Assembly (NCBI GenBank): GCA_048772705.1
Contig: JBLWGC010000211.1
Span: 1 to 64,000, forward strand
Source of the DNA: Leidyana gryllorum EB-2025a
Taxonomy: Eukaryota > Protista > Apicomplexa
Direction: 5' to 3'
DNA: 64,000 bases
How positions within the stretch are numbered: the stretch's first letter is position 1; every line of letters starts with the position of its first letter. The notes below the pieces were generated by a model. The model saw nothing but the letters and a program-made list of their open reading frames with translations. It was not told the DNA's origin and searched no databases. Positions 19,965-31,381 of the stretch are shown here, in pieces. A program made the position numbers and the translations under genes.

Positions 19965-22900
19965 ATGCAGGGTGATGTGATAGCATTCGCACGTTGCATA
20001 AAGCTCGCGAGGACAATCCAAGGGTCGAGGTCTATCTCGGCATCACCAGATAATGACAGCTGTATGGCTCTGTGTTGTCAAGACGTTATATATATAGTAT
20101 CTATCCCAAAAGCTATCGACTCACTCCCGAATGGGAAGATATCCGAGTCTGCATGGATGCAGGGGCTCTTGGCTCTGCCTGAGGTGAATAGTGCCTGGGA
20201 GCGTCACGCGAAGCTCAAGATGGTGCCCCCGAGACCCACTCGCAAGAGTTTTCGTCGATCCGCGAGCCGTCTTAACATTGAGCAGTACCCCCGGAAAGCA
20301 GCCAATGCTCGTTCCTACACGCAAGTCGATTCTACCTACACTACTCTGGGACGTCGGAAGGCCCCCGAGGTATTTGCGAGTGGCACGGTGAGCAATGACG
20401 AAGCGGAGGATCGGCCCATCAATCGGAAGAGGAGGCGGCGTAACAGCGCCAACGAGGCTTTTGTGGACCTTCGAGACTTGATGGAGGGGTTCACAGAGTC
20501 TGAAACTGAGGACAATAGGGAGAAGAAGGCTCCCGCGACTCCCAAGGACGAGGAGGCGGCTACCGGTATTCAAGAGGAAATGAAAATCTTCAAGGATTTA
20601 TACACAGCCAGAGGGTTCCCGGCGCCCTCGAACGTCATCCGGCCGTCTCGATCTCTCTCGGGTTACATTTGGCGGTGTCCCCTGAGAGATTTGACGAGTA
20701 ACACTTCGGAGAGGCGGTTCCAACGGGCCGTTATGAGTCCGACGTTTGCGGGCAATGTGCAGCTGTGTGCGTTTGCTACGGGTGATGGCGATGTGGGAGT
20801 CTTTGTAGTGGACCCGTCTCAGTTTGCGGCCTCTGTCACTCCCCACGGCTTGGAGGTCAGCTGTCTCCTTTCCGCTGAACTACTGGGTCTGAGGCAAGAA
20901 GGGCTGTCAGGGATCCCCTTCCACTGTTATCACGCGAAAGCACCGTCGCTGAAACACGCGTTTGTCCCTGAGAGCCAAATGATTGGCCCCGTGATGGGGT
21001 TTGCGTCCCGTCCGATTGGGTCTCGCATCCTGTTTGTGTTGTGCTACACCGACCTGGTGTTCTACTGGTGGGTTTCGAAGACGGGTGATGCGGAGTTGGC
21101 GGCGGCTGCCTTGTTGCCACTAAACCTCCAGCGGCCTGGGGACGTTTGGACGCACAGCATTTCGTCTGTTTCAGTGACACTGTGTGCGTGCGAGGATAAG
21201 AAGTCTCCACAGTTTACCATTTCGTTTGGCACTTCAAAAGGTTTGTTATTTATTCAAACTTGCGAAGACCTGACGTTCAAGAAAAGTCCGAATCTTATTG
21301 ATGTGTTGGATAAAATTGCACCCACCCCGGCCTACTGCGTCGCACACTTGACACAGGTGCCTGTGAGGTTTCTTCGCCACCTCGAAGTTACAGAGACCGA
21401 TTTCATTGATCTACCTCGCTTGGCACCAACAGGGAAGAGCGCAGTGCTGCTCATCACCTGTTTGCGAGGGTGCGAAGCTCTCATCCTCAGACATCACGTG
21501 CCGTCGGCCACCACCACTCTGGTGTTCTCTGCCAAGTCGAACGATGTCGTTCCCCCCTCGTTCATGGGTCTGGTGCCCACGGTGAATCACGGGGCCAAGT
21601 TGACTCTTCTGGCAGCGAGCAATGTCGGGACGATATACAGCTGCACTGTTGGCGAGTCCCCGTGCTGGACGGTGGTGTCGAACGCAAACACGAGCAGCAA
21701 GAATCCGACTCTGCTCAGCTGGCCAGAGACAGTGTATGATGCCCCGCAAGACTTTCAAATCGCGCAAGCCTTCCCCGCGGCGACGTCTCCAGACCACAAT
21801 ATTATGCCGCTGAGCCAAGCCAATAAGGGGAGCAAACAGATATTAGGTAAGGGGCGAAGGGTTGACTGACTGAGTGAAAAAGATGCTGGCTGTACTTTCC
21901 ATCAGACTCGTTGATTCCCGCGAACGACACGTTGATGATGTCGATGCACACCTTCACCATCTTCAACGATATATGTGCCGCCTTCACTCCAACAAGTCCT
22001 CTGTGGGTGGTATTGGGGGCGATGATCGGCGGCGAGTCGATCTCTTGTGGTCTGTCACTCAGAATGGCGTGTAGAGGACGCCGTTACTCTCCTTCTCAAT
22101 TGCCGGACGTGTTGGCCCGGGCCCCAGAGACGTCCCGGCAGGGTAAAAAGCGGGTCGTGAACACGCCGACGCCGACGGCTCACTTGGAGGACATAGAGCA
22201 GCTTATGGCAGGACGAGAGGTGGCCGCGGAGGAGGAGGAGGGGTTAAGCCAAGCGAAAGCGTTGACAGAGGTGTGGAAGGAAGCGGTGGAAGCAGTGTCT
22301 GAGGAAGATGTGGAGAGTGCGACGGGTTGGTCGGTTCGAAGTTTGGAGAAGTTGGGGACGGCAGTGTGCTATGGTTTACTTAAGTTGAGAGATGAAACCA
22401 ATAAGATCGGAACAGATTGGTTGGTGATTCTGGAGATAAGCAGAAGCGCATTCAAACATATGCTACTCAGTCTGAAAGAGTCTTATCAGAATCTGACGAG
22501 TAGGGCATCAGTGGGACAACAGGAGGCGGACGCCACAGTTTGCGGCTTGTTGCGCATCCCAAAGATGGCCTTTCTATTGCATGCTTTTCAGCCAAAGCGT
22601 CGGACAGCAGACACACACCATATGATTGGAGTGCGTGTTGGGTCAACGGCATCCGATGGCGATACAGGTAATCAATCCATCTTCTTGACACTCACTCACT
22701 CATTTCGTCCGTCCGTCCGTCGGTCCAACCAGAGCTCCGACGCTTATGTATGGCCTTGTTGACAAAGGCAATAGCCGTGGCCTTCCTGGGAAGCGACGAT
22801 CACGGACGTCGAGACGCAAGGACCTCCACGCTGCTGAGACTTCCGCGGAGTTTCACCGCAGCCGAAAGAGATCTGGTCAACACCATGGAGAACGAAGTGC

Positions 22901-23109
22901 TTCTGTTAGAAAAGGAGAGCTTTTTAAGCTCAGCAACTATGGCAACGGCATCGTCAGCCTGTGTATTCCCCGTCGCTCGCGAGAATGGGCCGTTGAATGG
23001 TAATGTAATTTTATGGTGGCCAAGGACTCTCTCATCTTCCACCGTGCAGTATGTCGCGTGTGCGAGATGGAGTGGGCAGAATTTGAGGTTCCTTGGCTGG
23101 ATTGGGTGA
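19965..23109 (+). CDS. Large multi-exon hypothetical protein (possible beta-propeller)
   Basis: Consecutive long plus-strand ORFs 19965-21869, 21911-22762 and 22750-23109, separated by intron-like GT..AG gaps. Confidence 0.6.
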
Positions 23110-23173
23110 CGAAAGACGGCTCGGAGTGCCCCTTCTGTGGCTGTTGCGATATGATTCTGGCAGTATGCTGATA

Positions 23174-24842
23174 TTATTGTTTTGCCAATCCGGGAGGTTG
23201 ATGAGGAGGCATAACCATCGAATGCATGGCAGGTGGTGGTGGCATCGCAAGGCGGTTAGCTGCAGCAATGTTGGTCTCAATTTTAGGATATTCGCTCCGG
23301 TCAATGAACGGGGAACTGAGCATATCGGGGGTCACCGGGCTGTAACCCCCCTCGTCGCACACCGTTCCTACAACCACAGTGTGATGTTCAATGGGCGTCG
23401 CGGACCATGGGAGTTTGGCATTCTGCTCCTCCGCAGAGAGCGAATACCAGTGGGGCAGCGCTTTGACGCAGTATACGTGTAATGTTGTCCGGAACTGTAT
23501 AGGGTGTGGAATCATTGGCCAGGGGGTCATCTGCGGGTAGGCAGCCATTGGTGGCGGAGGAAAGCCACCTGACGGTCCTCCCATCATGTCATATGGGGCC
23601 ATGGGTTTCGGGGCGGAACCGGACTGCCCATACATCATATCCTGGCCAGATCCTTGGGGGTGGGGAGAGGGAGCTCCGTAGTCCTGATAGTGGTTGTACA
23701 TCATTCTGGATTTATGGTTGGGGGAGGAGGAAGTGCTCGCTGGGGAAACTGCTTCTTCGATTTTCTGCTTCAAGTGGAACTCCTGGGCCAACTGGAGCAT
23801 CGCAGGGGCCTGTAACAAGGCTGCTTTCTGCTCGTTCGTCGCGTTTTTGCCGTATAACAATTCAGCAAAAACCTGAGCCTGTTCTTGGATAAAGCCCGTC
23901 AATCCCACAACATCCGACCGAGTCAACCCTGCGAGTCGGAATGGAGTCTTCCAAGGGGTCTGGGGGCCGTTAGCGAGGGCAACAGCTGAACAAAAACGTC
24001 CAAAAATTTCGAATAATTCACCCACCTGCTTGAGCCTTGGACAACCCTTGGGTGTTGTCCACCAACAGATCCATCAGGAACTCCAGATGGATTCCTGGCG
24101 TCTGCTGTAGTGTTTTCAGTACACGTGCACAAACCTGCATCTTCACCATCGCCGAGTAGAACACACTTTGATATCGAGTAGCGCATCCCTCCAGCCGATA
24201 AAATCGCTGCCCCACACTTTCCAGCCAAATGTGAGGAGACGCTTCCGGCTTAGGACCATAGTCAATTATCCAATTCACAATCTCAACGCGCACTGGATAA
24301 GGCTGGTCCTTGTACAAAAAGTCCTCCCCCGCTCCTAAAGCCCTTTGCTTTTTGTTCCGCTTTGCCTTCCCGTTCGTCACCTCCAACCCCTGCGGCGTGG
24401 TCACCATTTCCGACAGTGCTATCAGTCGTGCATAAAGCAACAACGGCCCGTTCTTCCCACTCCGCTCCGCGGTCTCTAGTGGAACTAATCTTTCAGCCCG
24501 TCTGTTATATACGATAAAGTCATCTGCATAACAGCACCCTCTGTTCGACCCATCTCTACCCCGGTATGGATCAGGTACGGTTTCCTCAGGGTAGTACTCT
24601 TCCCCGTACTTGTGAAATCCCGAAATACCCCTCGGAGCAAGAGGATGCCTCGACCGATGCGTCGACAGAGAGTCCAAAGAAGCACTCCGCTGATCCCCAC
24701 TTTCTTCACTATCATCTGAGCTCGAACTGGTGGCAGGTGAATCTGTCGCAGAAGTCACCTCCGACTTGACCTCCAATTTCATCTCCTCATCCTTGACCAC
24801 CAACCCATTGGGACAGCCAGCGTCTGGGCTATCGGTGGTCAT
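23174..24842 (-). CDS. Protein with RFTS (DNMT1 replication-foci-targeting) domain and Pro/Met-rich tail; no methyltransferase domain
   Basis: DDFIVYN..LVPLE, VEIVNWIIDYG..IWLES..FYRL..RYQSVF..K...VLKTLQQTP..L.FL fits the DNMT1-RFD pattern. Intron at about 24025. Confidence 0.65.
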
Positions 24843-25027
24843 ACTGAGCCAGAAATTTTAGACCGATCATAACCATCAGACCGACCGTGCGATCGCTGCA
24901 ATCCGCCCTCAGGGTGGCTTTTAAGCACCAAAGCATCCACCAACGGTCCAATTCGGCTTCAGACACTTCTCACCCAGATATGCTGCTACTCCGCACACGT
25001 GTGTGCTGAAGATCATAGTCCTTGAAC

Positions 25028-25918
25028 ATGTTCGCATCGTCCCGTATTCTTACACTGGCTTTAGTCAGCACAGCCGTGCACGCGCTACAGAGTGTGGATA
25101 GTGAACCCACAGTCGCTCCACGTCTGCTGTCACCTGATTTCCGTAGTGATCCTTGTGAACGCCAATTCGCAGGATACCTTCAAGAGCCTAGCGAGCCAGG
25201 TAGGTTCCCACGATAATGCTTCATCAGTGGCGCAGAAACCAAAAATCAATGGCTGAATGTCACACTCGATGTCTACAAAGCAACATTCGCAAATGGCGCT
25301 GGATATGACAGATCGTTCGACACTGACAAACTGCTACACCCCATACTATTCACAACGGCGGAACCGCGGTGCATGACGTTACGAGATCCCGACAAGGAGC
25401 TCGTAGTGTGTTGCAGCACATTTCGATGTGCGCGTCAATGGTGGATGGCTTTCACTCGGATGAGTTTGTGCGCACATCGGCCTCCAGTCGAAGAGCCGGA
25501 GGAAGAAACACTGGAGGAAGAGTCGTTGACTTCGCAGGAGGCTGAAGGTGCTGAGCAAGCAGGCAATGCCGGAAGCGTCGGCGCAGAAGGAAACAACTCA
25601 GTCGACACAAATTCGGAAGCAAAGGAGGTTGGTGAAGAAGACGAAAACTCTGCGACCAGTGATGAAAAGGCCGGGACAACTTCAGCGACCGCGGACGAAG
25701 GGACGACGGACTCCGAAGGCGCGAGCGGACTCCTTGATGGTGATGAGGCGGCTAAAGAGTCCCATGAAACCAAGGGAGCAAAGACGGCGAAAGATTCCAG
25801 AAAGTCCCAAGACCGATCAGCTGGGCAGGCTCCTTCCGAAGCTCCTCCTACCCACGATAAAGGTTTGATCATCTTCATCCCATCTCAGGGAAAGACCTCA
25901 ATAGTGCGAAGCCCATGA
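25028..25918 (+). CDS. Signal-peptide protein with PH-like domain and acidic tail
   Basis: MFASSRILTLALVSTAVHA; FAGYL...CMTL..ELVVCCSTFRCARQWWMAF (PH C-terminal helix with W). One short intron near 25200. Confidence 0.6.
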
Positions 25919-26472
25919 GAGCACCCATCTTTGGAGGTTGCAATCGGATGAGGCACCATACCCGGGTCAAAATTGCCACAATAAATAAGATGGAGATTGT
26001 TTTTGTCGTGACTGTTGTCAGTCGGGCCCATTTGGACTTTGGCCGTCTCTCGATTTGGCAATGAGGCCATAGTGACCACCTACAGCTTCGGCCAGAAGTG
26101 ACAGTCTTCTACGCGACGTCATATGAGCCGCCCAAATCAACTGGGAAGCGTGATGACACACCACTGTTTAAGGCCTCGACCCGCACAGGAGACTCTCCCA
26201 TTCTCTCCAGCGCGACCACATTTACAAATGATGAGATCGGGGGGAATGCCGACATGAAAGGAGAGATCGGACACCGAGCCCGCTTGTCGGGGTGTTTTGA
26301 ATTGTTTACTATCACGTTTGCGCGGAATCGCAACTCAATCACTGGTCAACTCAGGTGACTGGGTTGGCCACTCGTCTCAAAGCTATTCATAGAATGACCT
26401 TTCGGCATGTGTACTTTCAACAGGGTTGGAGGCACGTGCACGTTGGATCACCTCCACTTTTGTTGAAAGAGG

Positions 26473-26817
26473 ATGAGGTGTCTCTCGTTACTATTGGCAG
26501 GAGTGGGAGTCACGGCCTGTTCGGCTCAGAGTTACCCGTCTCTACGTGAGGCTGAGGCGTTCTACAGAGCCTTGAGAGAAGAGGCGGATGACGCGGGGCC
26601 CTGGCGATCCTCCCGTCGCTTGGGGAGGCTGGAGCCGCAAGGATTCACATATCGCCGAGGGGCCGTTGGTCCTTATCCTACGTATCAGGCTTATGAACAG
26701 GCCAACTCTGGTGTCAGCAACCGTCGCTCGGTTAGAGAGAGTGGTGGTGATTTGGGCAGGGATCGTGCTACGGTGTTTATGGATCCGATGGACGAAACTA
26801 TTCAAAAGCAGGATTGA
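26473..26817 (+). CDS. Small secreted hypothetical protein
   Basis: Signal peptide MRCLSLLLAGVGVTACSA; 114 aa. Confidence 0.65.
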   Translation: MRCLSLLLAGVGVTACSAQSYPSLREAEAFYRALREEADDAGPWRSSRRLGRLEPQGFTYRRGAVGPYPTYQAYEQANSGVSNRRSVRESGGDLGRDRATVFMDPMDETIQKQD

Positions 26818-26975
26818 GGGTGGATGATCATATTGTTTGGGTGTTTATTTCCAGCTTTCTTCGTTCCGAATAACCGAAGTCTTTGAATTACGTATCTAAG
26901 CTCTCAGCGGGCTGACTTGAGGATTGATGTGTTGATAGAGTATGAATTCTAGTTTGATCGCATGCTTGCTCCCTG

Positions 26976-27599
26976 ATGTTTCTGTTTTGGTTTATTGCAT
27001 TGGTCTGGCTGGCCGAATCCGCTCTCCTACGAGGATGTGCTGGTGACCGAGGTGGGAGTATAGGGGCTAAGGAGGTACTGCAACCTGGAAGCGATGCTTG
27101 CTGGCACCCGGATGATGTTACTGAACGGCTTCGGAATCGTTCGCGTGTGAAAGCTTGGCTGACAAAGCTGAAGAGATCTGCCTCCCGCGTACCCCGATCG
27201 ATGAGGAAGCGACAACAGACCCCCCCTACATTCGAAGAGTTTGTGAAAACTAAGAGTGCGCCCGCGCCTGATGCAAGGGGACCGGTGACACCCCTTATCG
27301 GACGTGTTTCTTCGGTGCGGGAGAAGCCAATGAGAGATCGAGTGCAGCCGGCTCGCAGGCGTAGTGGGTCGCTGGACATGGGGAGGTTCAAGGCGAGTCC
27401 TGTGTCTATGCCTCAGGAGGCGAGTTCTACGTCTACGGCACGTCCAAAAGTCAACGTGGATCCGAATCCCGAGTTGATGGATTATTTGGATGATGCGCTT
27501 GAAGCGTTGGACGATGAGGAGGATGAAGCTGACGCAAGACTCAGGACCGCCGGTATCCAGTTAAGGGATGTCGGAGGTGTCAAGGAGACCTCCATATGA
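26976..27599 (+). CDS. Secreted hypothetical protein
   Basis: Signal peptide MFLFWFIALVWLAES; basic middle region, acidic end. Confidence 0.65.
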   Translation: MFLFWFIALVWLAESALLRGCAGDRGGSIGAKEVLQPGSDACWHPDDVTERLRNRSRVKAWLTKLKRSASRVPRSMRKRQQTPPTFEEFVKTKSAPAPDARGPVTPLIGRVSSVREKPMRDRVQPARRRSGSLDMGRFKASPVSMPQEASSTSTARPKVNVDPNPELMDYLDDALEALDDEEDEADARLRTAGIQLRDVGGVKETSI

Positions 27600-27643
27600 T
27601 TTTAATTTATTGATAGCAACATTTGATAGAGGGACCTGGAGTA

Positions 27644-28285
27644 ATGCGCATGGCATGCACCATGAGAGTTGCTGTATGGTTGAGTGTTTTGATTGGGTTT
27701 GGTGAATCCTACCGATCTGCCGCGGGCCGAGTAGATGTGTGGCGCAATAGAGAGCCCATCTCAGCCGAAGCGCAGATTGAGGCACTGTACAAGCAGATGG
27801 CTGACAATACACTGAACTACCAGAGTACGCTGAGCGACGCTAAGCTTAATTCAATGAGTGATGATGAATTCTTTGGAGGGACCCCAAACTACGATGCGAC
27901 CACTTTTCTGACTCCAGGACAACTCGCAGGAGACGAGTTGCTCGAGGGGGAGACTGAAGATGGGGAGGATACAGCAGAAGACACTGTAAGGCCCAAGAAG
28001 CCACACTTTTGGATTAGCCGAAGAGCAAAACCAAAAAGGAAATTCGAAGCGAAGAAGCCGGACAAAGAGTGGTTGGAGCGATATGGGCCCCCTCTGGAAG
28101 TCAAAGAAATGTATCCAACAAAGAAACCTGCCGAGAGGGTCCTGAGCCCTATGCAAATTAAGAGACAGCAAGAACTCCGCGAACTTGAGAAGGAGAGAAC
28201 TGCGCTAAGACGCCCTGGGCGTAAAGGTATTCTTAAGCACACGCCCCATTTTGACGATCAGAAATCGATGATTACACATCTGTGA
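27644..28285 (+). CDS. Secreted hypothetical protein
   Basis: Hydrophobic N-terminus MRVAVWLSVLIGFGES; charged body; exact start uncertain. Confidence 0.6.
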   Translation: MRMACTMRVAVWLSVLIGFGESYRSAAGRVDVWRNREPISAEAQIEALYKQMADNTLNYQSTLSDAKLNSMSDDEFFGGTPNYDATTFLTPGQLAGDELLEGETEDGEDTAEDTVRPKKPHFWISRRAKPKRKFEAKKPDKEWLERYGPPLEVKEMYPTKKPAERVLSPMQIKRQQELRELEKERTALRRPGRKGILKHTPHFDDQKSMITHL

Positions 28286-28363
28286 TGATTTTCTGTCATT
28301 CTCTAGCCACGCCATGGAGATTGACTTGAGTGTGGGGTGACGTGACGTGCACGTTGTGCGAAC

Positions 28364-28855
28364 ATGAAGCTTTCAGTTGTCCTCTGGATCTCGTGCCTGA
28401 TGTTGTCGGTCAGTGGCCTTTCCATCTTTAGACACAAACAGGTGGACGACGAGCTGCAACCAGTGAAACGGAGCAAGAGGAACCGGTCCCGCCGGCTGGG
28501 TCTTCCGTCACAGGGGGCAGATCCCAACCGACATCGAGTGTGGCGAGTATACACACAAAAGGGCTGGGACGGAAAGCTTCGTATCAACCCCTCCACACTC
28601 CCGAAATTGCCCACAGCCCCCTTTGTCCGACCAACTCTGGACGGAAGCACCATAACAATTCCCCGTGCACGACTCTCCTCCGCCCCCTATGACGATCGCC
28701 AGTATGCACAGAGCGGCTTCTCATTGCCACGCGTGAGATTTGCACCGGATACGCGACTGCCACCAGTATCCGAAGACGACGGAACGATATCGGACGACGA
28801 GAAAGAGGCTTCTTGGTCACCTTACCCAGAGGAGCCTCTGGTAGATTACGACTGA
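28364..28855 (+). CDS. Secreted hypothetical protein
   Basis: Signal peptide MKLSVVLWISCLMLSVSG. Confidence 0.65.
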   Translation: MKLSVVLWISCLMLSVSGLSIFRHKQVDDELQPVKRSKRNRSRRLGLPSQGADPNRHRVWRVYTQKGWDGKLRINPSTLPKLPTAPFVRPTLDGSTITIPRARLSSAPYDDRQYAQSGFSLPRVRFAPDTRLPPVSEDDGTISDDEKEASWSPYPEEPLVDYD

Positions 28856-29074
28856 GAGTAGCTGCACATACAACGAGATCATCAATAGAATGTCCAACGA
28901 CAGACTATGAATAGCGCATACTGCATTCTGTCCCTATTTATCAGGCCCCCAAAGGGTATTAAACGACCTTACAACAACAACAAGTTTGTTCCATTTTGTT
29001 CCACACACACAAAGTTTAGGTGCGTGCGTAACCCAATGATCTAGAAGCAAATAGTGGTAATCGCATATACTTTC

Positions 29075-30148
29075 TTATTCGGCTCCGCCATTTGGCGAAT
29101 CTTCCGGAGGAGATAAGGCAGCCTTGAGAAGGCAATCGGGGATCAACTGCACAATCTTGAGTTGATCCAACTTCACCCGATTCACTATCCATTTCGGCAC
29201 TCCTCTAGACTTGACATCAGCATCATTGAGATACACAATTCTGTACTCATTAGTACCTTTCTTGTGCTCCAACAGGAAACCAGCAGCCTGCAACAACGCA
29301 CATAACAACGTGTGTCTCCCTAGCAAACACCGGCTTACATATACAAACCCTCGCACAACTTTGGCTTTCAGTCCGTTATACTCCTCAACCTTCTCAGGCT
29401 TCAAGAGCTTTTCAATTTGGGCCACGTGCCATTGCGGCACAGAGGAGGCACCAATCAGTAATCGTTCGAATTCGTCGTCGTCATCGCGCTTCTTCATGAT
29501 GGTTACAACAAAGTCGCGACCACTGATACCAAATCTGCCTTTGAAGATTTGATCGACGACATGACAGTCCACATTTTCGTGGTCGTGCAGTACAAACATC
29601 CGCTCCGTGAATTCATCATATTGAGATTTGGTCTTTTCATCCCATAAGAATTGATCAATGAAGTCAATGTCATACAAAGGCCCGTCTTCTTCATTGGGTT
29701 CGAGAGCTCGTACCGCAGATTTGAGCGGAACTGTCCAGGTCATTTGGCCCTTTCCAACGAAACGGCCGTGTTCATTGGTCAATTTTTCAATTTTGAGGCC
29801 TTTCTTGTCCTCCCAGACTTGCCAGTCGTCCTCACTCTCAATTACACGACGTAGCTCACGGCATCCGGCTTCACCCCAAGTCAAATGGAGCCCGCGGAGA
29901 TCCTCCACGGGCACTTCCTGATGTGAGCCCATCGATTCATTTGAGGAGGATGCAAATGAAGTGTCAACAGTTGTCATGGACACTCCAGATCCAGGGGCAG
30001 GCTGATCGCCGTCAGCTGCTACCGAGTCCTCGAAGCCGGCCTTGACGATCTTTGGAGCCGCGGAATTGGCGGAAGGGTTTGAGCTGGACGACGAAACGGG
30101 CAGAGTGGGTTTCTTGACAGAAGTGAGAGACTTCAAGAACGACGCCAT
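29075..30148 (-). CDS. START-domain lipid-transfer protein
   Basis: WQVWEDKKGLKI, KSQYDE, ISGRDFV, YLNDADVK..VPKWIVN. One in-frame intron likely near 29290-29340. Confidence 0.8.
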   Translation of the reverse strand: MASFLKSLTSVKKPTLPVSSSSSNPSANSAAPKIVKAGFEDSVAADGDQPAPGSGVSMTTVDTSFASSSNESMGSHQEVPVEDLRGLHLTWGEAGCRELRRVIESEDDWQVWEDKKGLKIEKLTNEHGRFVGKGQMTWTVPLKSAVRALEPNEEDGPLYDIDFIDQFLWDEKTKSQYDEFTERMFVLHDHENVDCHVVDQIFKGRFGISGRDFVVTIMKKRDDDDEFERLLIGASSVPQWHVAQIEKLLKPEKVEEYNGLKAKVVRGFVYVSRCLLGRHTLLCALLQAAGFLLEHKKGTNEYRIVYLNDADVKSRGVPKWIVNRVKLDQLKIVQLIPDCLLKAALSPPEDSPNGGAE

Positions 30149-30274
30149 CTTTGATGCTGTGTGGGTGGAGGATGGGAGCTTAGGCTTTCAAACGTACCGG
30201 AGAGCAGTCAATTAGGAACAGATCTATCTACTAAAGCTGAAAGTGGCTTTCGAGTCTGAGCACAAGAAGCTCTT

Positions 30275-31353
30275 TCAGGATTGGTGTCCCAGAGGAGACT
30301 GTCTCTTCAATTTTTTGGGTGCTTCAAGCTTTTCTTTATCAGTGGTTGTCGTCGTGGTGCTGAGTCTGCGTTTGCGACGGCGACTTTCCGCTCCCCCGTT
30401 GCTTTCGTTCGAGAGGGAAATGTCAACGACTCTTCGAAAAGTGAGATTTACTCGAGGTGTCTTGACCGAAGTTTTCTTGAGCACCGCGTGGCGGTAAAAG
30501 ACTTGGGATGCGTAGTCCATGACAACCAGATCGCCGCTATTCAGATCAACAGTCAGATCAGACTCAGCCAAAGGATTCCCTTCGAGTGATTGTGAGGAGT
30601 GAATTAAAGTACTGTACTCCCTCCCTTACACTGAGAAGTGAGGGTCTTGTCAAAGTGTTTGGCCTGCGAGGCGATTAACTTGCGTGGTCTGAATGAGAAT
30701 GGGCGAGTAGCTCCGAAAGTGACTGGGCAGCAGCATGAAAGGCAGATTCCAAACGAGTGGAGTCACAAACCTGAAGCTATGGGTCCCTGGAGCGATTTCT
30801 CATCGTCACTGTGCCATCCTGCGGGCGGAGGACGGAATGAGCGGTCGGTCAGCCACGGTACACACGATTACCGATGTAGTCGTTGCCGTCCCGGTAGAGG
30901 TTTAGGAGCACAAAGTTGAAGAAAGGGCGATAGGGGACGAGCTTCTTTTGGAACAATAGCTCTTCGACCTTCTGTGCCACTGGCATCAGGAAATCCGGAA
31001 GCTACGGTGAAGAGTCTGTGTGTGTGAGCGCACCAGTTTCGTCCTTTCCCCATGTTAGGGGTGTGCAAAGGTCCCCCCTTCTTCCTGCTCACTCTGGGTC
31101 CGGTGTTGGAGCGGCCTGTGTATCGATAGGTGACAAGGTCGGTGTCGTCTGCGGATTTGGGGACGGTGAAATAGCAGGTTTGACGAGGTTCATCGACTTG
31201 GCGGCCGAACATTAGGAGTTTCCTGGACTTCCAGTCTGGAAGTTTGAGGAGGTCTGAGAGAATGGCATCGGATTGAGTCTTGGGCAGAATGGTCCGGTGG
31301 TGATAGCAGTTGACGACGGAATCTGGTTTGAGGGGGAGGGTCTCCCAGTTCAT
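30275..31353 (-). CDS. AlkB-family Fe(II)/2OG dioxygenase (ALKBH2/3-like), multi-exon
   Basis: MFGRQVDEPRQTCYF, YRYTG, FNFVLLNLYRDGNDY, HSDDE, SFGATR, LNSGDLVVM..HAV..RVNLTFR. Confidence 0.88.
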
Positions 31354-31381
31354 TACTACACTATTTTTTCCGCAAGTAAAA

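Noticed and set aside
19965-21869. TFIIIC delta subunit
   Set aside because: Only a vague N-terminal resemblance; not supportable without a profile search.
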